A stretch of DNA of 32,000 nucleotides from Tannockella kyphosi (GTDB lineage Bacteria > Bacillota_I > Bacilli_A > Erysipelotrichales > Coprobacillaceae): assembly GCF_021054785.1 (NCBI RefSeq), contig NZ_CP088239.1, forward strand, positions 1,470,001-1,502,000. Reading direction: 5' to 3'. A program made the translations under genes and the position numbers. Positions 11,719-20,165 of this stretch are shown piece by piece. Numbering within the stretch: position 1 is the first letter of the stretch; the number at the start of each line of letters is the position of its first letter. The notes under the pieces were generated by a model, which ran no database searches, was not told the origin of the DNA, and saw nothing but the letters and a program-made list of their open reading frames with translations.

Positions 11719-14217
11719 CTACTTCCCAATCATTTTCTTTAATTCTATCAAAGTAGAAAGTGCATCTAATGGAGATAGAGCCATTGGATCTATCTGTTCT
11801 AATTGTTTTTCTATTTGACTTGTTTGTATTTCTATTATTGGTTGTTCTACCAATTTAACTTCAATATTGTTTGTTTCTAACATATTTAATAGTACATTTG
11901 CACGACTAATAATAGAGTCTGGTAATTTAGCTAATGAAGCAACATGAATACCATAAGACTTATTAGAACACCCTGGTAATACTTGGTATAAAAACACGAG
12001 TTTATCATTTTCAACGATTGCACTAGCATGGACATTTTCGATTCCTAGTCCTTGATCAGACAAGAAAGTTAATTCATGATAATGGGTTGAAAATAAAGTA
12101 ATACATTTTATCTTAGAAGCAATATGTTCTATCATTGCCTGTGCAATTGCCATTCCATCAAAAGTGGCAGTACCTCTACCTATTTCATCAAATAGAATAA
12201 GTGAGTTTTCTGTTGCAAAATTAAGTGCATTGTTAGCTTCTAACATCTCCACCATAAAAGTAGATTGACCAGCCACTAAATCATCACTCGCACCAATACG
12301 TGTAAAGACTTGATCAAAGATTGGTAATTTAGCACTAGTTGCAGGGACAAAGCAACCGATTTGTGCCATTATCACACTTAGTGCAACTTGTCGCATATAA
12401 GTTGATTTTCCACCCATATTTGGACCAGTTATTAATTGAACTGGTGTAAGTTGTTGAATAGAAACATCATTACTAACATAACGTCCCTTTTCCATTACTT
12501 TTTCTATAACGCCATGACGACCTTGTGTAATTTCAATTGTTTTTTGTTCATTAAAAATAGGGCGTACATAACTATTATCACTACTAATACAAGCCAATGA
12601 TTGATATACATCAATCATTGCTATTGTTTTGGCAATATCTTGTAATAGATGTACATCTTTTTTCAAGAATTCTCTTAATTCTTGGAAAATAGAGTATTCT
12701 AGCTTCATACTTTTATCTTGAGCATGAATAATTTTAGTTTCCATTTCTTTTAGTTCTGGAGTAATGAATCTTTCTGCATTGGATAAACTTTGTTTTCTTG
12801 TGTATTCAAATTCATCTTTTACAAAAGGAATATTTGCTTTCGTTACTTCAATATAGTATCCAAATACTCTATTATATCCCACTTTCAAACCTTTGATTCC
12901 AGTTCGTTCCCGTTCTTGTTGTTCAAATGTAGCTAACCAATTTTTTCCATGATTACGGATATAACGTAATTCATCCAATTCTTCATCAAAACCATCTTTA
13001 ATAAAAGATCCTTCTTTGATTGATAATGGTGGATTATCTATAATTGCATCATCAATAGCCTTTGTAATATAAGATACATCTATTAAACGAGTTGCAATTT
13101 CTTGAACATCATGATCAGGGATACTTAGTAATTGTTCTTTTATTTCAGGGATTGTTTTTAATGTATTTCCAATCCATTTCATATCACGAGCATTTAGATT
13201 ACCAAACGCTATTTTTGCAGATAAACGTTCTAAATCATATACCTCTTTTAGAACCTCTTTTAAACTTTCTCTTTGAATAAAGTGTAAATTTAAAATCTCA
13301 ACGATATCTAATCTTTTTTCTATTTCTGCTTTTTTTACTAAAGGTCTTTCAATCCATTGTTTTAGATATCTTGATCCCATTGCTGTTTTTGTTTGATCTA
13401 ATAACCAAAATAAACTACCATATTTCTCATTGTTTTTAGTATTTGTTGTTAATTCCAATGCTTTTTTCGTATATAAATCCATTGTTATATAAGCACTATG
13501 ATCAATTACTTCTATATTTTGTAAATGCGATAATTCTCTTTTTTGGGTATCTAATAAATAATTTAATAACAGATTACATACTTTATGTTGTTTTAAGTCA
13601 CTTAAATTATCAAATATTTTATCATATCCCGTTTGTGTTTCTTCTTTATCAAAACAAGAAACAACACAACTTCCAAAAGTTCTTTGTTGATTAGATAAAC
13701 AAACTACTTCTAAAACATTCATAGCTTGTAATTGATTAATTAAATTATGTTCATTTTTTTCAATATTAACAACTTTAAATTCTCCTGTTGTAATATCACA
13801 AAAAGATAAACAATATACAAAATCAAACTCATAAAATGCTGCAATAAAATTATTCTTTTTATTCGCTAATGAATCATCAAATATAGTACCTGGAGTTACA
13901 ATTTGAACTACTCCTCTTTCTACAATTCCTTTTCCAGGTTCACTTAATTGTTCTACTATTGCAACACGATGATTTAATTCAATCAAGCGTTGTATATATC
14001 CAGAAGCACTATGAAAAGGAACACCACACATCGGTACTCTTTCCTTTGCACCAGCATTTTTTCCAGTTAAAGCTATTTCTAATTCTTTTGATACAACCAA
14101 AGCATCATCAAAAAACATCTCATAAAAATCACCTAATCGAAACATTACAATATCATTAGGATGTTGTTCTTTGATTGATAAATATTGCATCATCATGGGA
14201 CTATATTTTGGCTTCAT
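11719..14217 (-). CDS. mutS: DNA mismatch repair protein MutS
   Basis: 832 aa with N-terminal MMQQYLSIK..FYEMFF (mismatch-binding domain), Walker A GPNMGGKSTYMRQ, DEIGRGT and STHYHEL. Confidence 0.96.
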   Translation of the reverse strand: MKPKYSPMMMQYLSIKEQHPNDIVMFRLGDFYEMFFDDALVVSKELEIALTGKNAGAKERVPMCGVPFHSASGYIQRLIELNHRVAIVEQLSEPGKGIVERGVVQIVTPGTIFDDSLANKKNNFIAAFYEFDFVYCLSFCDITTGEFKVVNIEKNEHNLINQLQAMNVLEVVCLSNQQRTFGSCVVSCFDKEETQTGYDKIFDNLSDLKQHKVCNLLLNYLLDTQKRELSHLQNIEVIDHSAYITMDLYTKKALELTTNTKNNEKYGSLFWLLDQTKTAMGSRYLKQWIERPLVKKAEIEKRLDIVEILNLHFIQRESLKEVLKEVYDLERLSAKIAFGNLNARDMKWIGNTLKTIPEIKEQLLSIPDHDVQEIATRLIDVSYITKAIDDAIIDNPPLSIKEGSFIKDGFDEELDELRYIRNHGKNWLATFEQQERERTGIKGLKVGYNRVFGYYIEVTKANIPFVKDEFEYTRKQSLSNAERFITPELKEMETKIIHAQDKSMKLEYSIFQELREFLKKDVHLLQDIAKTIAMIDVYQSLACISSDNSYVRPIFNEQKTIEITQGRHGVIEKVMEKGRYVSNDVSIQQLTPVQLITGPNMGGKSTYMRQVALSVIMAQIGCFVPATSAKLPIFDQVFTRIGASDDLVAGQSTFMVEMLEANNALNFATENSLILFDEIGRGTATFDGMAIAQAMIEHIASKIKCITLFSTHYHELTFLSDQGLGIENVHASAIVENDKLVFLYQVLPGCSNKSYGIHVASLAKLPDSIISRANVLLNMLETNNIEVKLVEQPIIEIQTSQIEKQLEQIDPMALSPLDALSTLIELKKMIGK

Positions 14218-14248
14218 TTCTTATTCTCCTACTACAAAATTCTTTACC

Positions 14249-14257
14249 ATTATAACA
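14249..14257 (-). promoter_or_regulatory. Extended -10 promoter element for mutS-mutL-miaA
   Basis: The minus strand reads TGTTATAAT (TGnTATAAT) immediately after the cotE terminator T-run, about 30 nt upstream of the mutS RBS AGGAG. Confidence 0.5.
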
Positions 14258-14262
14258 CAAAA

Positions 14263-14281
14263 GTAGGGCCTAAGGCCCTAC
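14263..14281 (-). terminator. Rho-independent terminator of cotE
   Basis: On the minus strand, GTAGGGCC-TTA-GGCCCTAC (8-bp GC-rich stem) is followed by TTTTGTGTT. It starts directly after the cotE TAA stop. Confidence 0.8.
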
Positions 14282-14779
14282 TTAATCAATAAAACTATCA
14301 TTTAATGAGACTAGGTTATCAATATCCCAAGTCTCTTCTTCTTGATGCACTTTAATACGTAAGGTTGCATCCCCTATTATTTGTACTAACATTTCTTTTT
14401 CAACTTCAATAACTAATTGATCATTCGCCAAACAAGCATCTACACACTTTGGTTCTAATGTACAAATAGCTTCTATCCCATCTTCATTATTAAAGATACG
14501 ATTTTCTTTTTTTATTACTTCCATATCCTCTTGATAAGATATTTGTGTTTTATATAAAGCACAATTTTTACCATCTTCATTACTGTACCAAACATGTAAA
14601 TCATAAACCCCGATCACTTGGGGAATCCCATTACTAATGGCAGCCTCATAACGATGACAACTTATCCAACATCCCAATATTTTAGTAACACCTTCTAATG
14701 AGAAGGTGTACTTTGTTTTGGTTCTTTTTTTGCCTTTTCCAATGATCGCACGAGTGATGATTTCTCGAATCTGATTCAT
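14282..14779 (-). CDS. cotE: Spore outer-coat morphogenetic protein CotE homologue
   Basis: Blocks match Bacillus subtilis CotE as I recall it: REIITRAIIGKGKK (Bs REIITKAVVAKGRK), ILGCWISCHRYEA (Bs ILGGWIINHKYDA), YDLHVWYS (Bs YDINVWYS), plus an acidic C-terminus. The position directly upstream of mutS matches Bacillus. The ATG at 14779 lies 6 nt after AGGTG. Confidence 0.85.
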   Translation of the reverse strand: MNQIREIITRAIIGKGKKRTKTKYTFSLEGVTKILGCWISCHRYEAAISNGIPQVIGVYDLHVWYSNEDGKNCALYKTQISYQEDMEVIKKENRIFNNEDGIEAICTLEPKCVDACLANDQLVIEVEKEMLVQIIGDATLRIKVHQEEETWDIDNLVSLNDSFID

Positions 14780-14826
14780 TTTATTCACCTCTAGTTATCA
14801 TATGAAAAAGTTTTAAAAAAATGACA

Positions 14827-15999
14827 CTATCTTGTAATACCTAGCTCTTTTGCTTTTTTAGCAACCGCATTACTTACCGCATCACTGACACGAGTATCTA
14901 AAGCAGCAGGTATAATATAATCTGCTTTTAATTCGTCTTCTTTTACTAAACTAGCTAAAGCATAAGATGCAGCTAACTTCATTTCTTCTGTTATTTTTTT
15001 AGCACGAACTGATAAAGCGCCTTTAAATAAACCCGGGAACGCTAATACATTATTAATTTGATTTGGGAAATCAGAACGTCCCGTTGCCATAATTGCAACC
15101 CCTGCATCAATAGCGTCTTGATAAGAAATTTCCGGTTCAGGATTTGCCATAGCAAATACAATTGGATTCTCTTGCATTCCTTGAACCATTTCTTTTGTTA
15201 ATACTCCCGGTGCTGAAACACCAATAAATACATCCGCTTCTTTTAAAGCTTCACTCATTGTCATTCGTTTATTTTGTTTATTTGTTATTTCCGTTAATTC
15301 TTTTGATAAGAAATCATATTTATCATTATCTTCTTTTAATAAAATACCATCAATATTAAAAGCATAAATTTCTTTAACACCTAAAGCATGTACCATTTTG
15401 ATAATCGAACTTCCTGCTGCTCCTGCACCAGATACTACAATTGTAATGTCTTCCATTTTTTTATTTACAACTTTTAAAGCATTTATTAATCCAGCACTAA
15501 CCACAATCGCAGTCCCATGTTGATCATCATGAAATACAGGAATATCTAACTCTTTAATTAATGTTCTTTCAATTTCCACACAACGAGGAGCACTAATATC
15601 CTCTAAATTAATCCCTCCAAAAGTTGGAGCTACTGCTTTACAAATTGAAATAATTTCTTGTGTATCTTGGGTATCTAAACATAGAGGAATTGCATCGATT
15701 CCAGCAAATTGTTTAAATAAAATAGCTTTCCCTTCCATTACAGGTAAACTTGCTTCTGGTCCAATATTACCCAATCCTAATACAGCACTACCATCACTAA
15801 TAACAGCAACACTATTTGATTTCCAAGTATATTGATAAGCCATTTCTTTGTTTTTTGCAATTTCCAGGCAAGGTTGCGCAACACCTGGTGTATACGCTAA
15901 AGATAAATCTTCACTTGAAGTTAAAGGAACCTTTAACTCTACTGATAACTTCCCTTTTGCTTTTTCATGCATTTCCAATGATTGTTTATATATATCCAT
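14827..15999 (-). CDS. NAD(P)-dependent malic enzyme (short, ~390-aa type)
   Basis: Motifs LSLAYTPGVA, VISDGSAVLGLGNIG, FHDDQHGTA and the Rossmann GAGAAG are present. An RBS aaggagaaaaga lies upstream of the ATG. Confidence 0.92.
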   Translation of the reverse strand: MDIYKQSLEMHEKAKGKLSVELKVPLTSSEDLSLAYTPGVAQPCLEIAKNKEMAYQYTWKSNSVAVISDGSAVLGLGNIGPEASLPVMEGKAILFKQFAGIDAIPLCLDTQDTQEIISICKAVAPTFGGINLEDISAPRCVEIERTLIKELDIPVFHDDQHGTAIVVSAGLINALKVVNKKMEDITIVVSGAGAAGSSIIKMVHALGVKEIYAFNIDGILLKEDNDKYDFLSKELTEITNKQNKRMTMSEALKEADVFIGVSAPGVLTKEMVQGMQENPIVFAMANPEPEISYQDAIDAGVAIMATGRSDFPNQINNVLAFPGLFKGALSVRAKKITEEMKLAASYALASLVKEDELKADYIIPAALDTRVSDAVSNAVAKKAKELGITR

Positions 16000-16009
16000 T
16001 CTTTTCTCC

Positions 16010-16945
16010 TTAAATTGTACAAACCATAACTGTCATTGTTCCATCTAGAACAAATTCTTTTTTATCAGCACATACGATACAATGACTACCAGCTTTTACT
16101 GCTTTTCCTTCTAATGTACCTTCTCCACTAACAACACTTACCATCATAAAAGGCATATCATTTTTAACTGTAGTAACTCCAGTAAGATCATATTTATCTA
16201 CTTGGAAATATTTTGTAGTAGTCATATGTGTTTTTGTTCCATTTTCAATTGATTCTGCTTTTAAATCATCTCCAGCAGTAGAAACATATGGTACATTGGT
16301 TACATCGATAGATTGACGAACATGTAATTCTCTTTCATTTCCTTTATCATCTACTCGATGATAATCATATACTCGATAGGTAATATCTGATGATTGTTGT
16401 GCTTCATAAATTAATGATCCACTACAAATGGCATGAATAGTCCCTGTTGGAATCGTAAAAAAATCCCCTTCTTTTACTGGAAAAGCATTTAACAGACTAT
16501 CATAATTATCATTTTCAATTGCTTCTACTAATTCTTCTTTCGTCTTAGCATGATGGCCCATTACCATCTTAGTTCCTTCATCTGCTCCCAGTACATACCA
16601 ACACTCTTCTTTTCCTAATGAATTTTCATGTTCTTTTGCATATTCATCATCTGGATGTACTTGAACAGATAAATCATTATTAGCGTCAATTATTTTTACT
16701 AACAAAGGAAATTGATCCCCTTCTAAATTTCCAAATAGCTCACGATGATCATTCCATAATTCTGATAATTTCTTACCAACAAATTCACCTTCACTAATAA
16801 CACAATCCCCATTTTTATGAGCTGATAAAGCCCAACATTCTCCTGTTTTATCACTAGGAATATTATAACCGTATACTTCTTTTAACTTACTTCCACCCCA
16901 AATCATTTCTTTAAATACTGGGTCCATCCATAAAATACCACTCAT
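16010..16945 (-). CDS. manA: Mannose-6-phosphate isomerase, class I (short Bacillus ManA/Pmi type)
   Basis: Motifs PVFKEMIWGG, LSVQVHPDDEYA, GKEECWYVL and IPTGTIHAI give the Q/H/E/H zinc ligand set. I chose the second ATG (16945) because AGGAGA is 6 nt upstream; the ORF-track start at 16951 has no spacer. Confidence 0.9.
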   Translation of the reverse strand: MSGILWMDPVFKEMIWGGSKLKEVYGYNIPSDKTGECWALSAHKNGDCVISEGEFVGKKLSELWNDHRELFGNLEGDQFPLLVKIIDANNDLSVQVHPDDEYAKEHENSLGKEECWYVLGADEGTKMVMGHHAKTKEELVEAIENDNYDSLLNAFPVKEGDFFTIPTGTIHAICSGSLIYEAQQSSDITYRVYDYHRVDDKGNERELHVRQSIDVTNVPYVSTAGDDLKAESIENGTKTHMTTTKYFQVDKYDLTGVTTVKNDMPFMMVSVVSGEGTLEGKAVKAGSHCIVCADKKEFVLDGTMTVMVCTI

Positions 16946-16961
16946 TTTCATTCTCCTTCTA

Positions 16962-18017
16962 CTAGTTTTTATTTACAACTATTATACCACGTTCCATTAA
17001 ATATTTGGTAGTAATTCCATGCCCTTTTATTAGTTTTTTTCCAAACGTACCATCATAGACAATATCTTTACCACAGCTTGGACTTTTCGATTTTAAAAGC
17101 ACTTCATTGATAGCGTTTTCTTGAATTATTTCAAAGCATTTTTTAGCTCCTTGAATAAATTCATACGTTTTATCTACCCCTAATTGATTTATTACTTTGT
17201 CTCCTTGTATTTCACAACTAATCCTTGGAATAGGTAACCCTCCAAGTACTTCAGGACATATACACAATAATCTATTCTTCTTTAAATCTTCCTCTATATC
17301 TTCCAAACCATTATCCTTACCATCATAACGACAACAATGACCCGCTAAACATGCACTAACTGCTTTTGTTGGTGTTTCTAACTGATTTACTAATTCAACC
17401 ATTTGACTAGGGTGACAAATCACTTCTCTTGCCCCTGCTTTTAAAAGTTCTGCCTGGCTACGAAATCCCCAAGTTACACCTATTCCATAAACACAACCAT
17501 AAAAACTAGTTAACATATCTACATCACTATCACCAACATACACAACTTCCCCATGCTTGCAAGATGCTTTCTTTCTGATTGTATCTATCATATAACTATT
17601 AGGTTTTCTAGGATATTCTTTGCTACTACCATACACTGCCATAAATGTATTACTAAATAAATGGTTCACAATTCTAGTAGCCAAATCATGTGGTTTATTT
17701 GTTGCAACAGCCAACAAATAACCTTGTTGTTTTAAATCTTCTAGCATTTTATAAATACCATCATAAACTACCGTTTTATCAAAACAATGCTCGTTATAAT
17801 ATTCAAAAAATAAAGACTTTGCTTCTTCTTTATATTCTTGTTTTTCTCCTAATGCCTTCTCTATCAAAACATCAACACCATTTCCAATAAATTGTTTATA
17901 GGCTTCATAAGGATGTGTTTCTAACCCAATACACTCCAATGCATAATTCACTGCATTTGCAAGATCATACAAAGAATCAATCAATGTTCCATCTAAATCA
18001 AAGATACATAACTTCAT
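16962..18017 (-). CDS. Fusion protein: HAD-superfamily phosphatase (Gph/PpaX-like) N-terminal, DUF523 (TudS-type 4Fe-4S desulfidase family) C-terminal
   Basis: HAD motifs FDLDGTLIDS, VATNKP and VGDSDVD are followed in the same frame by DUF523 signatures SACLAGHCCRYDG, CPEVLGGLPIPR and SPSCG. The ATG at 18017 lies 5 nt after AAGGAGGTG; the ORF-track start at 18089 lacks an RBS. Confidence 0.8.
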   Translation of the reverse strand: MKLCIFDLDGTLIDSLYDLANAVNYALECIGLETHPYEAYKQFIGNGVDVLIEKALGEKQEYKEEAKSLFFEYYNEHCFDKTVVYDGIYKMLEDLKQQGYLLAVATNKPHDLATRIVNHLFSNTFMAVYGSSKEYPRKPNSYMIDTIRKKASCKHGEVVYVGDSDVDMLTSFYGCVYGIGVTWGFRSQAELLKAGAREVICHPSQMVELVNQLETPTKAVSACLAGHCCRYDGKDNGLEDIEEDLKKNRLLCICPEVLGGLPIPRISCEIQGDKVINQLGVDKTYEFIQGAKKCFEIIQENAINEVLLKSKSPSCGKDIVYDGTFGKKLIKGHGITTKYLMERGIIVVNKN

Positions 18018-18120
18018 AGTGCCACCTCCTTTACCCATCATACTCTCACTTCTATCATCAAACAAGCTTCTTTTCTTTTTTTTATACATATGCTAGAATA
18101 AAGTATATGAGGTGAGGAAG

Positions 18121-18321
18121 ATGAACAAAAAGAGCACAATTTTCATGGAATTAGGGACTGTATTAGGGATGGCTATCGCATTAGTTTTCACCATTATTTT
18201 TGTCTATATCATTAAACAATATACAAATACTGTTCCTTTTCTATTTATTGGTTTTGCAATAATCGGAAGAGTCATTGGATATGGTTTAGATACTATTGTT
18301 AATAAATCAAATAATCATTAA
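18121..18321 (+). CDS. Small membrane protein, two predicted TM helices, function unknown
   Basis: 66 aa with hydrophobic stretches LGTVLGMAIALVFTIIFVYII and VPFLFIGFAIIGRVIGYGL. An RBS GAGGTGAGGA lies upstream of the ATG, and the gene is followed by a strong terminator. Confidence 0.55.
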   Translation: MNKKSTIFMELGTVLGMAIALVFTIIFVYIIKQYTNTVPFLFIGFAIIGRVIGYGLDTIVNKSNNH

Positions 18322-18323
18322 TG

Positions 18324-18350
18324 AAAAAAGCGGAAATTCCGCTTTTTTTT
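18324..18350. terminator. Bidirectional rho-independent terminator
   Basis: aaaaaagcgg-aaatt-ccgctttttttt has the stem flanked by an A-run and a T-run. It serves the small + strand gene and the convergent AKR genes. Confidence 0.8.
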
Positions 18351-18394
18351 CTCTCATTAATCTCAGGGAGGAGATAATGTGAGAAACAATTCAT

Positions 18395-19231
18395 TTATTC
18401 AAACAAGATATAATCACTATCCTTGTATGAACCACCACAGGTATCGATTGCATCGATAATTTCCATATCTTCTTGACTAATTATAAAGTCTAATTGAAGA
18501 TTTTCTATCATTCTATCTTTTGAAACACTTTTAGATAGTGGTAAAACATCATGTTGTAATGCATATTGAATACATAATTGAGATAAACTAACCCCATATT
18601 TATTAGGTATCTCTTGCAACTTATCACATTGGAATACCCGTCCATTTGCTAATGGACTGTATCCAACAACAACAATATTATGTTGTTTACAATATTCTCT
18701 TAATTCATTATGTAAACATGATGGATGAAATTCAATTTGATTTACCATTGGTAAAATCATAGCACTTTCCATAATTTCTTGCAAATGATGGATTTTAAAA
18801 TTACTAACACCAATTGATTTAATTCTTCCTGCATTGTATAAATCTTCCATCGCACGCCATGTTTCTTTATTAGATGCAATATAGGTATCATTACATCCTT
18901 TTGGTACAGGCCAATGAATTAAATATTGGTCCAAATAATCAACTCCTAAATCTTGACAAGTTTTCTCGAAAGCAGCTATTGTTTCATGATATCCTCTTAC
19001 TGAGTTCCATAATTTACTAGTAATAAAAATATCCTCTCTTTTTACACCACTTAACTGTATTCCTTGACCCACTTCTATTTCATTATCATACTTAGCGGCG
19101 CAATCCAAATGAGTAAAACCGCATTGCAATGCATCACACACTGCTTGTGATGTAACATTATTTTCTGCTTTCCAAGTACCAAAACCAATTTTTGGCATTT
19201 CTAATCCATTACTTAAAATAAATTTTTCCAT
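18395..19231 (-). CDS. Aldo-keto reductase (YvgN/YtbE / 2,5-diketo-D-gluconate reductase-like), paralogue 1
   Basis: 278 aa with the AKR catalytic tetrad context: HLDCAAKYDNE (D, Y), ITSKLWN (K) and LIHWP (H). VSNF and MVNQIEFHP are also present. Confidence 0.9.
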   Translation of the reverse strand: MEKFILSNGLEMPKIGFGTWKAENNVTSQAVCDALQCGFTHLDCAAKYDNEIEVGQGIQLSGVKREDIFITSKLWNSVRGYHETIAAFEKTCQDLGVDYLDQYLIHWPVPKGCNDTYIASNKETWRAMEDLYNAGRIKSIGVSNFKIHHLQEIMESAMILPMVNQIEFHPSCLHNELREYCKQHNIVVVGYSPLANGRVFQCDKLQEIPNKYGVSLSQLCIQYALQHDVLPLSKSVSKDRMIENLQLDFIISQEDMEIIDAIDTCGGSYKDSDYILFE

Positions 19232-19240
19232 TATATTACC

Positions 19241-20086
19241 TTAACTTTCATATGGGATATTATCACTGTCTTTTAAAGAACTTTCACAAGATGTGATAGC
19301 ATCAATTGCTTGCATGTCTTCATCACTAATAACAAAATCTAATTCTAAATTTTTCTTTATTCTCTCATTTGTTATGCTTTTTGCAAGAGGGATTACATCA
19401 TGTTGTATCGCATATTGAATACAAATTTGTGCTAAAGATACTCCATATTTTTCAGGAAATGGTTTTAATTCTTCACAACGGAATACTCTACCGTTTCCAA
19501 AAGGACTATATCCTGTAATTTGAATTCCTAATTTTTTACAGTATCCTCTTAATTCATGATGTAAACAAGAGGGATGGAATTCAATCTGATTTACCATCGG
19601 AACAATCTTAGCACTTTCCAACAATTCTTCTAAATGATGAATTTTAAAATTACTAACACCAATAGACTTAATTCTACCTGCTTCATACAAGTCTTCCATT
19701 GCTCGCCAAGTTTCTTTATTAGATTCAACATAGGTATCATTACACCCTTTTGGAACTGGCCAATGAATTAAATACTGATCTAAATAATCTACACCTAAAT
19801 CAGAACATGTTTTTTCAAATGCAGCAATAGTTTGATCATATCCTCTTGCATTATTCCATAATTTGCTAGTAATAAAAATATCTTCTCTTTTTACACCACT
19901 TTTTTTAATCCCTAATCCTACTTCTTTTTCATTTTTGTAAATTGCAGCTCCATCTACATGGCTATACCCACATTGTAAGGCATAACAAACAGATTCTACT
20001 GTCACTTCTGGTTTTTCACCTGGGCAACAAGAACCAAAGCCAGGAGCAGGCATTTCCAACCCATTTCTCAATTTAAACATTTTCAT
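19241..20086 (-). CDS. Aldo-keto reductase, paralogue 2
   Basis: It carries the same tetrad (HVDGAAIYKNE, ITSKLWN, LIHWP). The central block is near-identical to paralogue 1. The ATG at 20086 follows GGGAGAA, and the longer ORF-track start at 20113 would run into a terminator hairpin. Confidence 0.88.
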   Translation of the reverse strand: MKMFKLRNGLEMPAPGFGSCCPGEKPEVTVESVCYALQCGYSHVDGAAIYKNEKEVGLGIKKSGVKREDIFITSKLWNNARGYDQTIAAFEKTCSDLGVDYLDQYLIHWPVPKGCNDTYVESNKETWRAMEDLYEAGRIKSIGVSNFKIHHLEELLESAKIVPMVNQIEFHPSCLHHELRGYCKKLGIQITGYSPFGNGRVFRCEELKPFPEKYGVSLAQICIQYAIQHDVIPLAKSITNERIKKNLELDFVISDEDMQAIDAITSCESSLKDSDNIPYES

Positions 20087-20105
20087 AAATATTCTCCCAT
20101 ATTCC

Positions 20106-20136
20106 AAAAACAAGAGTGAATATGTTCTCTCTTGTT
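20106..20136 (-). terminator. Terminator-like hairpin between PMI-like gene A and the AKR genes
   Basis: On the minus strand, AACAAGAG-12 nt-CTCTTGTT is followed by TTTGG, giving an effective T-run of 5. It lies 30 nt downstream of the gene A stop and just upstream of the AKR2 RBS. Confidence 0.5.
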
Positions 20137-20165
20137 CTTGGTTTTATTTTATTTTGTCAAAAATA

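Noticed and set aside
13092-14159. Three + strand ORFs (13092-13280, 13443-13694, 13959-14159) antisense to mutS
   Set aside because: These are typical antisense open frames in AT-rich coding DNA. They have no RBS, and their composition is low-complexity (Leu/Phe/Tyr/Ile/Asn/His-rich), not protein-like.
14789-14826. Sigma-E-type sporulation promoter for cotE (CATATGAT as the -10 box)
   Set aside because: Only a loose match with no convincing -35 element at the right spacing. It is mentioned in the cotE finding but not listed as a feature.
15816-17890. ORFs 15816-16013 (+), 15848-16048 (+) and 17690-17890 (+)
   Set aside because: They are antisense to the malic enzyme, manA and HAD-DUF523 genes, have no RBS, and resemble no known motif.
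18366-18459. Strong SD-like GGGAGGAG followed by ATG-TGA (a start-stop mini-ORF) and a 26-codon GTG ORF on the + strand
   Set aside because: The region lies between a terminator and the 3' end of the convergent AKR gene. The G-rich element is more simply the loop or arm of an imperfect hairpin downstream of the AKR stop on the minus strand. No promoter is evident.
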